Source: Vicugna vicugna | Lineage: Eukaryota | NCBI GenBank assembly: GCA_013265495.1 | Contig: MU063101.1 | Location: 3,582,276-3,646,275 of the forward strand | DNA length: 64,000 bases | Direction: 5' to 3' | Shown: piece after piece, positions 1 through 12,444 of the stretch | Layout of the letters: the number at the start of each line of letters is the position of its first letter | Numbering within the stretch: the stretch's first letter is position 1 | Notes under the pieces: generated by a model | Seen by the model: only the letters and a program-made list of their open reading frames with translations | Told to the model about the DNA's origin: nothing | Database searches by the model: none | Translations under genes and position numbers: made by a program

Positions 1-356
1 GGGGGACATTTCTGGCCTGGCCAGCTTGTCCTGTCTGCACGACCTGCAATCTGGGCTATCACTCCAGCGGGAGGTTTGTTCAGTTGCTTTAGATCTCTTT
101 ATATTACAATCACCGGAGGACTCCTAGGGTCGCTTTCCCTTCTCTCCTCTGCTCTCATCTAAATTAGCTGCAGAAGGGCTGGCTCTGCATTCTGCATTCA
201 CTGCACGTACCTACCCCCAGTCAAGCCCCCTCCCCTCCCCTCCCCGGCCAACCCTCCCAGTGTTGTTGGGGGCATCTGTAAGATGCCTCAGCAAGCCTTT
301 TAAAAATAACTCTCTGCATTTTGTTTTTCTTTTTGTTTAAAAAATAAAGCACGTCA
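1..356 (+). repeat. Copy 1 of a local direct duplication (matches 1106-1461); probably extends upstream of the window
   Basis: Read-through comparison at offset 1105 shows identity except 2 substitutions next to the (CCCCT)n tract. Ends at an N gap. Confidence 0.95.
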
Positions 357-542
357 NNNNNNNNNNNNNNNNNNNNNNNNNNNNNNNNNNNNNNNNNNNN
401 NNNNNNNNNNNNNNNNNNNNNNNNNNNNNNNNNNNNNNNNNNNNNNNNNNNNNNNNNNNNNNNNNNNNNNNNNNNNNNNNNNNNNNNNNNNNNNNNNNNN
501 NNNNNNNNNNNNNNNNNNNNNNNNNNNNNNNNNNNNNNNNNN
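357..542. other. Assembly gap (186 N)
   Basis: Run of N. Confidence 1.
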
Positions 543-590
543 TTTTTTAATTAATTATTTTTTAAAAATTGAAGTAGAGTCCGTTACAAC
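543..590 (-). mobile_element. Short L1 3' tail fragment
   Basis: T-rich tract then AAATTGAAGTAGAGTCCGTTACAA, resembling the reverse complement of the L1 terminus TGTAAACTGACTATACTTCAAT seen in other L1 copies in this window. Confidence 0.5.
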
Positions 591-1105
591 TGATTAACTT
601 TCAAAGAGCTGTGACAACAGTGAGGCAGAGCCCTGAAGTGACAACCCTTAGAATGTGGATTTGGGGCCAGCTTGGGCAGAGCGAGCTGACCTCGAACCAG
701 TGGGGATGAAATTCAAGTTTTTCTCCCATCCTCCTGTCTCCTGACTGCCTGTTACTGGCCCGACTCCTGGGCGTTTTCCCGGGGTAAAAGCATCATTTGC
801 GTTTCTTCTGCAACTTCTCCCGAAGATCTGGCCAGTGTTCACGTGATACCTTTATCACTCTTGCTCTCCACTCCTGCCCTAGTTCCCCCACCTTGGTGGT
901 GTGATCTATATATAATCCGTTCCCTGGTGCCTGTGCCTCCCTCCTCTAACCGCCACCCGGGGAAGGCTGGTGGGGGTGGGGGAGCAGAGGGGCTCCACAT
1001 CTGAGAGTGTTTTTCCACTTTTTCATCCTTGGCTCCACTGAGCTGCCTCTTCTCCCAGCATCTCTGTATCCTTGACTTTGCAACGTGCCACACCCACTGT
1101 TCCTA

Positions 1106-1461
1106 GGGGGACATTTCTGGCCTGGCCAGCTTGTCCTGTCTGCACGACCTGCAATCTGGGCTATCACTCCAGCGGGAGGTTTGTTCAGTTGCTTTAGATC
1201 TCTTTATATTACAATCACCGGAGGACTCCTAGGGTCGCTTTCCCTTCTCTCCTCTGCTCTCATCTAAATTAGCTGCAGAAGGGCTGGCTCTGCATTCTGC
1301 ATTCACTGCACGTACCTACCCCCAGTCAAGCCCCCTCCCCTCCCCTCCCCCGCCATCCCTCCCAGTGTTGTTGGGGGCATCTGTAAGATGCCTCAGCAAG
1401 CCTTTTAAAAATAACTCTCTGCATTTTGTTTTTCTTTTTGTTTAAAAAATAAAGCACGTCA
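1106..1461 (+). repeat. Copy 2 of the local direct duplication (matches 1-356)
   Basis: Direct comparison, offset 1105. Confidence 0.95.
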
Positions 1462-2474
1462 TGTATATTTACATTATAAAAGTAATCTATACGCCTTACT
1501 GAAAGTGCAGACAAGTTGAACAAAAAGAAGAAATAATTGACGATACCCTTATTCAACATTTTGGAATAATTTTCTGCAGGAGGATGTGGACCTATTCCTG
1601 TGATTCCAGCAGAGCCTGCTGCTGTAGCCATCCAGCACAGCGCCAGCAACGTTTCTCTTTGTCACCACTCTCAGAGAGCGCATTGCTCTGGGTTCATAAT
1701 ATTCCAACCAGGGATCACTGTACATTTTATATAATCGTCTCTATTTTATTGAATATTTGTTTCCAGTTTTTACCCTTATAAATACTCCAAACGACAGATG
1801 ATTTCTACTGTCTCTGAGGTTGATGCTGTCTGGCTGGTTGCTACGGGTGGGGGGCTGTATGAACATCCCGGAGGTAGGTATATATTTTTAAAGGAAAAGG
1901 TATTGTCAGGGTCTGTGTTGAGTGATGTGGTTTGGTCACTGTTGGGTTTCTGTTCTTTCTGATTGGTCTAGGGTCTTGGTCTCTGGATCCCTCTCCCAGA
2001 GAGAATCATCCTCAAGGAACTTTCCACGCAGTTCATCACCGTTACACCAAACCATGCTCTCTCCTTTCTTGTAACTTACTTGGCTGTACACCACACCAGA
2101 TCAACAAAGGACCAACTTTTGTTTCAGAACATAAATACCAGCTCAACCATTTATCATTTTGTCTGACCTGTCTGAGTTCATCAACGTGTCTCTGATATAT
2201 GGAAAAACCTAACTTCTTTGCTTTAAGAAAAATTCCAGGAATGGAATCCTCAAATCAACTCACTCCCGTATGCGGTACAGCCTTTAACCTATCAATAAAG
2301 CTATAATATTGCCCAGCTGAAGCCAATGGGAGATCCAGCCAGCACACTGCTCTGGCCCCTCACTGTTCACTGGTTTCATGTGTCCTGAAAACATCTTTCT
2401 GAACATACCAGGAGCCAAACTGTATTCTGGGTTCTTGTATTCAGTCAGGTAACTACAATATATATGCCCTCAGA

Positions 2475-3235
2475 ACCCTCCTACACTGCTGATAGGGATG
2501 TAATTTGGTTCAGCCACCACGGAAAACAGTATGGAGATTCCTCAGAAAACTCAAAACAGACCTACCACATGATCCAGCAATCCCACTCCTGGGCATATAT
2601 CTGGAGGGACCTCTAATTTGAAAAGATACATGCACCCCAACATTCACAGCAGCACTATTTGCNNNNNNNNNNNNNNNNNNNNNNNNNNNNNNNNNNNNNN
2701 NNNNNNNNNNNNNNNNNNNNNNNNNNNNNNNNNNNNNNNNNNNNNNNNNNNNNNNNNNNNNNNNNNNNNNNNNNNNNNNNNNNNNNNNNNNNNNNNNNNN
2801 NNNNNNNNNNNAAAAAGAATGACGCCATTTACAGCAACATGGATGGACCTGGAGAATGTCATTCTAAGTAAGCCAGAAAGAGAAAGAAAAATACCATATG
2901 ATATCACTTATATGTGGAATCTAAAAAAAAGACAGATACAGATTCACAGACATAGAGAACAAACTTATGGCTTACTCGGGGGGAAAGGGGTGGCAAGTGA
3001 TAAACTGGGAGTCTGAGATTTACAAATACTAACTACTATATATAAAATAGATCAACAACAAGTTTCTACTGTATAGCACAGGGAACTATATTCAGTATCT
3101 TATAGTTACCTATAATGGAAAAGAACATGAAAAGGAATATATGTATGTATGACTGAAACGTTGTATGCTAGAAATTGACACAACATTGTAAACTGACTAT
3201 ATGTCCATAAAAATTAAATAAATGCATAAATAATA
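2475..3235 (+). mobile_element. 5'-truncated L1 (ORF2 C-terminus plus 3' UTR), cetartiodactyl/camelid type, interrupted by a gap
   Basis: GATCCAGCAATCCCACTCCTGGGCATATAT, a translated ATWMDLENVILS motif of the ORF2 end, CACAGGGAACTATATTCAGTATCTT in the 3' UTR, and an A-rich tail. Confidence 0.93.
2663..2811. other. Assembly gap (149 N) inside L1
   Basis: Run of N. Confidence 1.
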
Positions 3236-3279
3236 AAAATCTAAAAGTCTATATATATACACACACCTCTCAAATGCAT

Positions 3280-4098
3280 NNNNNNNNNNNNNNNNNNNNN
3301 NNNNNNNNNNNNNNNNNNNNNNNNNNNNNNNNNNNNNNNNNNNNNNNNNNNNNNNNNNNNNNNNNNNNNNNNNNNNNNNNNNNNNNNNNNNNNNNNNNNN
3401 NNNNNNNNNNNNNNNNNNNNNNNNNNNNNNNNNNNNNNNNNNNNNNNNNNNNNNNNNNNNNNNNNNNNNNNNNNNNNNNNNNNNNNNNNNNNNNNNNNNN
3501 NNNNNNNNNNNNNNNNNNNNNNNNNNNNNNNNNNNNNNNNNNNNNNNNNNNNNNNNNNNNNNNNNNNNNNNNNNNNNNNNNNNNNNNNNNNNNNNNNNNN
3601 NNNNNNNNNNNNNNNNNNNNNNNNNNNNNNNNNNNNNNNNNNNNNNNNNNNNNNNNNNNNNNNNNNNNNNNNNNNNNNNNNNNNNNNNNNNNNNNNNNNN
3701 NNNNNNNNNNNNNNNNNNNNNNNNNNNNNNNNNNNNNNNNNNNNNNNNNNNNNNNNNNNNNNNNNNNNNNNNNNNNNNNNNNNNNNNNNNNNNNNNNNNN
3801 NNNNNNNNNNNNNNNNNNNNNNNNNNNNNNNNNNNNNNNNNNNNNNNNNNNNNNNNNNNNNNNNNNNNNNNNNNNNNNNNNNNNNNNNNNNNNNNNNNNN
3901 NNNNNNNNNNNNNNNNNNNNNNNNNNNNNNNNNNNNNNNNNNNNNNNNNNNNNNNNNNNNNNNNNNNNNNNNNNNNNNNNNNNNNNNNNNNNNNNNNNNN
4001 NNNNNNNNNNNNNNNNNNNNNNNNNNNNNNNNNNNNNNNNNNNNNNNNNNNNNNNNNNNNNNNNNNNNNNNNNNNNNNNNNNNNNNNNNNNNNNNNNN
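3280..4098. other. Assembly gap (819 N) flanked by identical sequence on both sides
   Basis: Run of N; 2945-3279 equals 4099-4433. Confidence 1.
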
Positions 4099-4433
4099 CA
4101 CAGACATAGAGAACAAACTTATGGCTTACTCGGGGGGAAAGGGGTGGCAAGTGATAAACTGGGAGTCTGAGATTTACAAATACTAACTACTATATATAAA
4201 ATAGATCAACAACAAGTTTCTACTGTATAGCACAGGGAACTATATTCAGTATCTTATAGTTACCTATAATGGAAAAGAACATGAAAAGGAATATATGTAT
4301 GTATGACTGAAACGTTGTATGCTAGAAATTGACACAACATTGTAAACTGACTATATGTCCATAAAAATTAAATAAATGCATAAATAATAAAAATCTAAAA
4401 GTCTATATATATACACACACCTCTCAAATGCAT
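4099..4433 (+). repeat. Exact second copy of 2945-3279 (L1 3' UTR plus unique flank); probable contig-overlap artefact
   Basis: 335 nt identical at offset 1154, each copy abutting the same gap. Confidence 0.95.
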
Positions 4434-5279
4434 ACTAACACACACACACACACGCCTGGCTGACTTCTGAAAAGCATGGGTTGACCTCAGTCCAAGAATG
4501 GCTAGTTTTTGCCCTTTCTGCTAAACAGCTCAATTGTCTGACTGTCTCTGTGACACCAAGCTGCAGATTTCCTCTGTGGGGACAGGTCTTCAGCCTAAGA
4601 TGCTGGGGCCCAGTGGATATCAGAAGTGACGAGGATGCCCTCTCTTCTCATTTTGGGAGACAGCTACCTCCTGTGTCAAGTGACAGCAGTGAAATTTGCT
4701 ACCTGCCTCCTTTTCAGCATGAATAAAAATCTGATCCATCCAGAAAATCCATTTGGAACTGATCTCCATGCTTTTATATGGGGACAGCATTGCCCTCACA
4801 GCAGTGTCACATTTGCCTGACTGCCGGAAGGGGCCTTAGAGCTCATCTTGAGAGCCTGCTGGAGGTTTACCTAGGAGTCACAGACAGCCACTTCTAAACT
4901 CTGGACTGATGGGCCAGAGTTTCCTTGGGGGAAATATCATCTCCACTGTCTGTACAGATTTGGGAAGGATGCAGAGTGCAGGTGAGGAAAGCACATCTGT
5001 GTGGCCATCACAGGTGGACTCTGGGGCCACAAAGACTGCCACTGATAAGCTATGACTGTTTCCTTATCTGTGAGTGTGAACGGGACCAGCTTCCCTGTAA
5101 CACCGCATGGAAGAAGAGAGACAGATGTCAAGCCCTCTGCATGGGACCCGGCACAAGAGATGATCAACACTGAGAATCATTACCATTAGCAAGATCCATC
5201 CCCTGATGAACTCAGGGACTAAAAGAAGGATGACGAGTGTAGACAGCTCCCCTCCCCGTCCAAACAGCATCCACCGCAC

Positions 5280-5390
5280 CCTTGTATTTTACGGGTGAGA
5301 TTGAACTTCAGACGACTTGATGGCTTACCTAAGGGCATGTCAGGACTTCAACTCAGCTCTCTTGACACACAGTCTAGCGTTCTCTCTACC
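5280..5390 (-). mobile_element. MIR fragment
   Basis: Degenerate ATTTTACGGGTGAGATTGAACTTCAGA ... CTTACCTAAGG ... GGACTTCAACTCAG, as in the reverse MIR core. Confidence 0.55.
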
Positions 5391-6164
5391 CTACACCGCC
5401 TGCCACAGATTTAGGCCACTGTCTTGCCCTCCGGACAAGGACGGTCCGGGAGGATACCTGGGTTAACAGTGAGATGACTGACAAGACACGCCCCCTGCAT
5501 GAGGTCTTAGCCGTGGACATGGGTCTCTGGACTACGACAGCCAGGTTTCGCCAGCAGCCTGGCCACGCCTTCTGAGTTCCAGACGCTGCTTCCCAAGTCT
5601 GTTCACCAACGCCCAGTGGGCACAGCCATCAAATACATGATTCTCAGCCTCCAGTCTGGAGGAAATTTTGACAATATACTTCTAAGCCTTAAAAATCTCC
5701 CCACTGGTGCCTACTGGAGTTTATACAAGGGGTAAAATGCCACAGAACTATACACAAACATAAAACAAAAGAGTGAACGTGGAAAAGGATGCATTCTGCA
5801 CGGTATTTAGTGCAGCCAAGGAGCATCTCCCCAGTGTCAGCTTCCTGCTTCTGCTAGGGCACCGTGGGTATCTAGCGTGTTATCCCTGCATGGAACTGAG
5901 ACCTTGCTTTACTATTTTTGCTATGATTGTGTGACTCTAAAATTATTCCAAAATAAAAATATAAGGCTCTGTGCTTTGCCCCATTCTTCCAGGAATTACT
6001 CTAAGAAAATAAAGATGCATGCAGAAGCAAACCTAATAGCAATCACAGGAGGCTTTAAAGGAAACTTCAACCTGGCTGTCTGATAGGGTACAAAGCATCG
6101 ATCACGGGGAGGGCTGCGCCTCGCATGGGCGGACCTACAACGCGAAACCTGCTGAATCTCACGT

Positions 6165-6320
6165 GAACTGCTTAACGTCTTTGTCCTGTGGGCTCCTCAT
6201 CTGTATAATGAATATACTCTCGTAAGGTCTATCTTGTTGCAGTGTTTGTCTTCACGTAACACATGTGCAGAACCAAATCTGGCGCCTTTTATGTGCTTAA
6301 TAAACCTGAGCTATTATCAT
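6165..6320 (+). mobile_element. MIR fragment
   Basis: CTGCTTAAC ... CTCCTCATCTGTATAATG ... GTGCTTAATAAA. Confidence 0.65.
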
Positions 6321-7639
6321 GTTGAAGAAGGACACTAATGATACGAGAAAACGCTGCTCTTAGTGGAAACTGGAGACCAGAAAACCATGTAACACTGGTG
6401 CTATTTTTTAAAGACATAGAGACCCATAAAGGAGCGGCTGGAAGGTCTTCCCACCAAGTTACAATTGCTTATCTTTGGGTGGTGCCTCTTTGTGTTCCCT
6501 CCTTATGCTCTTCTTTGGTTTCAAAAGTGATGCGAGAGCACCAGAAGTTTTACATTTTAAAATGAGAAGAAAGGTGGCCCGCTGTTGAGATGAATGGCTG
6601 GACCAGGTCATGCCACCCCTCAGCTGCTCTGCCCAGTTTCTGTGCTGCTGGGGAGCCCCAGGTGACTGTCTCGGAGACGCCTCTGTTTCCTGAGAAAGGA
6701 GTGGTGTTGAAGTCTCGGGGGTGCCGGGTTATTTGCTGTTGTTAATGTCAGCGCTGTCAGTGAGCTCTGCGGTCCCCACATGTGCACGGTCTGCCCATAA
6801 AACACATGCCACGCTCCAGAGAGTGGCATCCCAGGAGCTGGCCCCGGCAGGACGGTCCGTCACCTGCTCCGTGGAGAGCAGGCCTCCACGCACCTGTTCC
6901 AACCCAGACAGGGGCCTCCCTGGGACACAGCTGACAAACGGGGCTGGACTCCGCGCTGCTCCAGGGAGAACTTTCTGGGGTCCGATCCCATTTGCTTTCC
7001 TTTCATGCTTTCCTCTTTTCTCCCGTGGCAGAGCCGGCCCGCCGTGGCCGGGCTTCTCTCCCCAGGCCTGTCTGTTCTCATGACGGTCTATGATGGGCAC
7101 TTGTGGGCAGTCAAGCTGCCTATTCATTCTTGTCCAGGGTTCTGGCTCCTTCTCTAACCCTGTCAGTGACCCCAAGCAGGCTCTGGGGAAGGAACAAGGA
7201 GCCGCCGCCGGGGACTGGGGGTGCAGAGGAATTTAGGGGTCAGGCCCCAGGAGGGCTGCCAGGCCGGAATACAGAGAGCTTGTGTGATCTCAAGAGATGC
7301 CCCCTCTTCCTTCAAGAGGCTGCCCGGCCCTGCTAACAGGGGCCACGCTAACTAATGAAGCCCTTCTCCATCCCAAAGTTCGCTCGGTCCTGCTGGTCCT
7401 TCTCCAATGTGAGATCCAGACTCAGGGTACCAACTGCTGCTGGTGGGAGGGTGGTGGAGAGATGGGGACACAGGTTCAGAGCTGAGCCCCCAGGGAGGAC
7501 TCCAGAGTCTACCGCATCCAAGTTGAAAGGAAAGAAATCCCACCCCCTCACCAAGATGTGATTTTGAAAGGTTGAACATTCTCTTCATTCTACATCCTCA
7601 CAAGCATCCTCACCCCCCAGGATGGGTGTCCACTTGTGG

Positions 7640-8180
7640 TGCTTCTCCACATAAAACTCACCAATGGCTGTCCTGGGTGTTTGGAATCAAAGCCAAGCCC
7701 TTACCAGGTGTTCTGGCTCAAACCTCCTGATTTGCTCCCTCCCTTTCTTGATCAGCTCAAGTCCCTGTGGCCTCCTTTCTGCTCCTTGAAGGCACCAGGC
7801 TCCTTCCCAAGGCAGGGCCTTTGCACATCTGGTTCCTATGCCTGCACATGGTGTTCACACTCACCATCCACTTCCTCCCCACCCATCAGCTGGCAGGATG
7901 GATTTTTTTTTTATTCTGTCATTCAGGTTTTATCAACTCAGAACTTCACCGAGGCCCCGTGAAGTCCTCGCACTTACTTTCTCTACAGTCCTGATCACGA
8001 GGTGTAATTGTACTACGTATGTGTTTGTGTGATTAGTGTCTACTCCGCTCCATCCCCCCATTAGAAGGTGGGCTTCATGACAGTGAAGCATTTGAATCGT
8101 GTCTGCACGTCCCCAGGGCTAAGAACCATGCAGGTAGCAGGTACTCAGTAAGTCATTATTAGATGAAAGGATGGAATAAA
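7640..8180 (+). mobile_element. L2 3' end relic
   Basis: CAGGGCCTTTGCACATCTGGTTCC ... GTAGGTACTCAGTAAGT ... GATGAAAGGATGGAATAAA, typical of the L2 terminus. Confidence 0.7.
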
Positions 8181-8944
8181 GAGGTTTTTACTCAATGAAA
8201 CATGGGCTCTTGGCTGCTTATGAAAACTTACTTCCCTGGAGAAGATGCTGTGCTGGTGTCTTGGGGTGGAGGGTCAGGGACAGTGGTCCCACTGCTCTGG
8301 CTGAAAGCGCAGGAGTCGCCCATCGCTGTGATCTGGGGGACTGGCTACCAGCTCACGGTGCATCTCTTGTGGGCCTCCCCACCCAGCATGCCACAGGCTT
8401 CTTGGGCCCAGGTGATTGGAGGTGAGATTAGTATCAGAGCAGGGACGATGTGAAGAAGCAGAGGAACAGCTTGGAGAAAGCACAAAATCCTCCTGGGAGT
8501 GGGCTAATACAGCCAGATTCTGGAAACACCACTGCAGGTCTGTCCCAGTGAAGGTCACACCTTGCAAACCTGCCATGGGTGGGTCACGCCCCTCGCCCTG
8601 CCTGGTCGGATGAGGATCTCCTAATGTTCTGCATGTTTTCATCTTTACCAGGGAGAAGAACTGGGGGAGGGCATGTTCTTTCTAAATGACTTGTCGCTAG
8701 AGAATTATTCATTTCTAAACTTTCGAAAGAGGTGGCATTGTCCAAAAGATGCCTAGATGATAACAGGGAGGGGCCGGGCATCCTGCCCACCCCAACGAGG
8801 CACCGCCCATAAACACTGAGGTCTGGCCGAGAGCCTCCAAGGAGGACAGCAGAGGCCCAGACCAACTGCCTGGCCATCAGGGATGCTGCGGTCCAGTCCT
8901 TCCTGGCCAGGCTTCTAGCTGGTAGGCGGGGAAGCATATACGAA

Positions 8945-9400
8945 GGTGGCTTCTCCCCAGCCTAAAAGGAGGAGGGACAGACAATAGTGACTGAGAAGAG
9001 CTACTGCAGAAATGGCCCAAAGCACCCAGAGGAAGATAGGTTTAATTCTAATGGGGCTGGAGGAGCAGGCATCAGGGAAGGATGTCAGGGTGGACTTGAG
9101 AGAATAAAGATGATTTAACCAGAGGCATATGTGAGAAGGGTGGTCCTGGCAGAAAAAAACCATACAAGTGAAGGCAGGGAGATGCGACAACCTGTGCATT
9201 GTGGGACAATGGCCATGGTGCATTGTGGGCACTATGGGCACAGTGCATTGGGAGACCTACAGTCGTGGTGCATTGTGGGCACTATGAGCACAGCGAGCAT
9301 TATGGGAACTAAACAAGGTGCATTGTGGGAACAATCGCTGAGAGCCTAAGATTAGAGAGAAGGTAGCTGGGCTGGAAAGGCAGGCAGAAGTCTATTACAA
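8945..9400 (-). mobile_element. L2 relic interrupted by a minisatellite
   Basis: GGAGCAGGCATCAGGGAAGG ... TGGACTTGAGAGAATAAAGA ... GGTGGTCCTGGCAGAAAAAACC ... TGAAGGC resembles reverse-oriented L2. Confidence 0.55.
9194..9331 (-). repeat. Degenerate minisatellite of about 25-bp period, six units with core GTGCATTGTGGG (reverse complement CCCACAATGCAC, ZNF143/Staf-site-like)
   Basis: Cores at about 9194, 9218, 9243, 9268, 9297 and 9318. Units 2-3 and 4-5 form a higher-order duplication of about 50 bp. Confidence 0.85.
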
Positions 9401-9409
9401 GTGAATTTT

Positions 9410-9625
9410 TCCTGCCCCCTTTGATCTTGTTTGTTTTTCCCTTTTAGCATTTGTCACCAACTAAAAGCCTGCATACACCTGACTCATCTACCTTATTTTC
9501 CTATTGTCTGTTTACCAGAATAGAAGCTATAGGAGGGCAGGGATTTGGTCATTGTTTAACTGTATCCCCAACCCTGCTTGGCACAGAGTAGGCGCTGGGT
9601 AAAGGGCTCATGAGTGAGTGAGTGC
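9410..9625 (+). mobile_element. L2 3' end relic
   Basis: AGAATAGAAGCTATAGGAGGGCAGGGATTT ... CTTGGCACAGAGTAGGCGCT ... GAGTGAGTGAG. Confidence 0.65.
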
Positions 9626-10769
9626 CGACGGTCTTCCCTGGCGCCAGCATTGCCCAGGGAGCCTGGTCCCCGTGGCTGATAGCCTTAGAAGTCACAGGGA
9701 CAGACGCTCTTCACTGCGTTACTTATTGTAAAAACTCACACTGATATGATACTTAACTGACATCCAGTCTGTGCATCATGGATGATACTGCTTGGAGTAA
9801 GGCCACGTTAAAAAAAAAAAAGTGAGCTGTTTTAAAGAAAGCTGTTAGTATAACAGAATGCAAGGTCCAGGAGGGAAATCACACGCCCAAGACCCACAGG
9901 ACAAGACTGACATTCTAGAAAGGTGGATCAGGCGACAGTCTGGTGCCCCAGGATAAGGGAAGGGGGGAAGAGGCTGTTCTAAGGGTCCGGCAGAGAGGAA
10001 ATGGGGATTTAGCAGAAGATCTGAGGTGTAGGGGAGGAGCAGTGGGTGGAGGGAGCTGGCTGGACCCCGATCGGGCGGGGAGGCTGGGACAGGGCAGAGC
10101 GGAAGGTCCCAGGGCTCTCGCCCATCTGTCTAGTTTAGGGCTGAGTCCTGAACCTTGCACTTAGGAGGTGCTCAATAAATGTTTGGGGAGGAAAGGAAGG
10201 GGGGCTGAAGGAAGAACTGCCAGTCTCTTCATTCACATCACCTTCGGGGGCTTCTCAGGCCCCCGTTATGAGACAATTAGAAGGGGCCGAGGGCACCGCG
10301 GAGGGCTGGCTCCTGGGGCTGCTTCCGGCCAGCCCTCCGGGTCTTGGCAGAGTGACAGTTCACAATAGGAGAAGGTTCTGCAGGAGAGGGAAATGGTGAG
10401 GGCAGGGCCTCGGCTGAGTGACAGTTTCTTTGTCACTCCCATTAGTCACCCTCAGCCCAGAGCCAGGCCTGGACAGTGGAGAGGGTCAGTGAGGATGGGT
10501 CCACTTCTCCTTAAGTTGCCCTATGGACCTGCCAGGAGCCATTCCAGACTGGCTGCCTTTTTCCCTTCCATGAGGGGCGAGGACGGTACAGCAGAGGCTC
10601 CTTGAGAGGGAAACCACCTCCCCTGACCCCCAGCCAGGCAGCTGCACACACGACAGAACGGCAATGCAGGCACACGAACGCGTGTGGCGTTTCTACTACA
10701 GACCACATACTGTAGCACAAGCTTGACATCTCTTGGATGCCACTGTCACGACAACCAGGCAGGGTGGCT

Positions 10770-10870
10770 GTTTTTCGCAGATGAAGTCTCTGAGGTTTGG
10801 ACGGTTGAGCTTCTTAGATACAGCTAGGCAACCGGTAAGTAGCAGACCTGGGATCTGGACCAGGCTCTCC
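10770..10870 (-). mobile_element. MIR fragment
   Basis: TTTTCGCAGATGAAGTCTCTGAGG ... GGTAAGTAGCAGACCTGGGATCT. Confidence 0.6.
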
Positions 10871-11632
10871 CATGTTCTAAAACACACACTCTCTCTAACC
10901 CTCACAGCCTTAAGCTCTGTCCAAAATCACCCTCTGGACTCTGTGCCTAAACCAATAGAAAATGTGGACCAAGGACATCACACTTGGGGCAGAAATATTC
11001 TGGCCCCGCCTTGGGGCTAAATGCTCAGGACCTAGGGAGAAAGACTTAAGACAGAATCTGTTAGATCAAGGTGCTCGGGCAGGTATCTCCTCTGTTCATT
11101 CAACCCACAGGGAAGGAAGGCAGCTCTCGAGCTGGGGACACAGCATGGGCCAAGGCACGGAGGTGGGAGAGGGGAAACCTGTTCATGCTGCTGGAGCAGA
11201 GAAAGCAAATGAGGCGGTGGACGATGTGTGCCCAGAGGGATGCGTTGCGTTGCTGGACCCGCATTCTCTTCCCCCTGGAGGAGAATTTGCCGTGAATCAG
11301 AGGCTCTCAACTGCCCTGGGAAAGGATTCAACAGCTGCCATACCCCGAGCTCCCCCAGTGGGAATGAGACTCAGCTTTGAGACTGAGTGGTGACATTCCC
11401 CTCAACATCAGAGGGTTGTCACACTTCCTCTACCAGCTGGTGAGGGGACAGTATTGAAGAGGGGCGAGATAGCTGTGGCCGCTTCTGAAGAACTCAGACA
11501 ATGGTGTCCTACACGCTCATCATGTATGTCTCAAATGGAATGATGAGTAGAAAAATCCGACTAACGGTTATCCAGCAGCTCGGGCCAAAGAAAACAGGTG
11601 GGAATTCAGAGACAGCCGCTTCACCCACAGGA

Positions 11633-12420
11633 TGTACGATATTGTGATTTATTGTAAGATGTAAGTATTTGTTCTCTATCCCTTTCTTCTGGCACAGAGC
11701 TCCTAAGAGCCTTGGAGTGATAAATGTATCTTTTAGAATGTTGATGAGATGAGTTTTGGAACCCCCTATGAATGGGGGCCCTGGTGTTGGGAGAGCCAAC
11801 CAAGTAACGAGAGGGTTGGAACCTTCAGTGCCACCTCCCAACCTGGAAGCTGGGGCTGGAAATTGAATCAACTGCCAAGGGCCAATGATTCAACCAATCA
11901 TGCCTGTGTCATGAAGCCTCCATAAAAATCCAACAGGAGATGGCTCTGGTGCCTCCAGTTGGTGAGCACGTGAAGACCTGGGAAGGGCGGGCACTCAGAG
12001 CGTGGGAGCTCTGGGCCCTTTCCCCACACCTGGCCTGATGGATCACGTCCATCTGGCTGTTCCCAGGCTGTGTTCTTTCATAATAAACTTGTGATCGAGT
12101 AAGCAGAACGTTTCTCTGAGTTGTGTGAGCGGATCTAGCAAATTAACTGAGCCCATGAAGGGGGTTCCGGGAACCTCTACTCTGTAGACAGTTGGGCAAA
12201 AGCCCAGGTGACAACCTGGACTTGAGACTGGCGTCTGGAGTTGGAAGAGGGGGGCAGTCACGTTAAACTGAGTCCTTAACCTGTGGAGTCTGATGCAGTC
12301 TGTCAGGAGACAGCGTCAGAAGCGAGGTGAATTGTAGGAGCTCTAGCTGCTGTCAGAGAATCGCTTGGTGGTGTGGGAAACACCCCCACACAGGCTGGAA
12401 CTGGGTGCAGAAATGCAGAC
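11633..12420 (+). mobile_element. MER21-family solo LTR
   Basis: TGTACGATATTGTGATTT start, GGCACAGAGCTCCTAA, GGCCAATGATTCAACCAATCATGCC, CTAGCAAATTAA, CAGGTGACAACCTGGACTTG and CTTAACCTGTGG all match the recalled MER21 consensus. Confidence 0.85.
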
Positions 12421-12444
12421 GTGGCTGCTATCTGCGTCTACCGT

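Noticed and set aside
3197-4170. Long ORFs of 291-317 aa in the ORF track
   Set aside because: They are almost entirely X residues from the 819-N gap. The same applies to the ORFs over the other gaps.
9194-9331. Repeat-spacer pattern superficially resembling a CRISPR array
   Set aside because: Cores are about 12 bp and spacers about 12-15 bp and mutually related. The DNA is mammalian and there are no cas genes, so this is a minisatellite.
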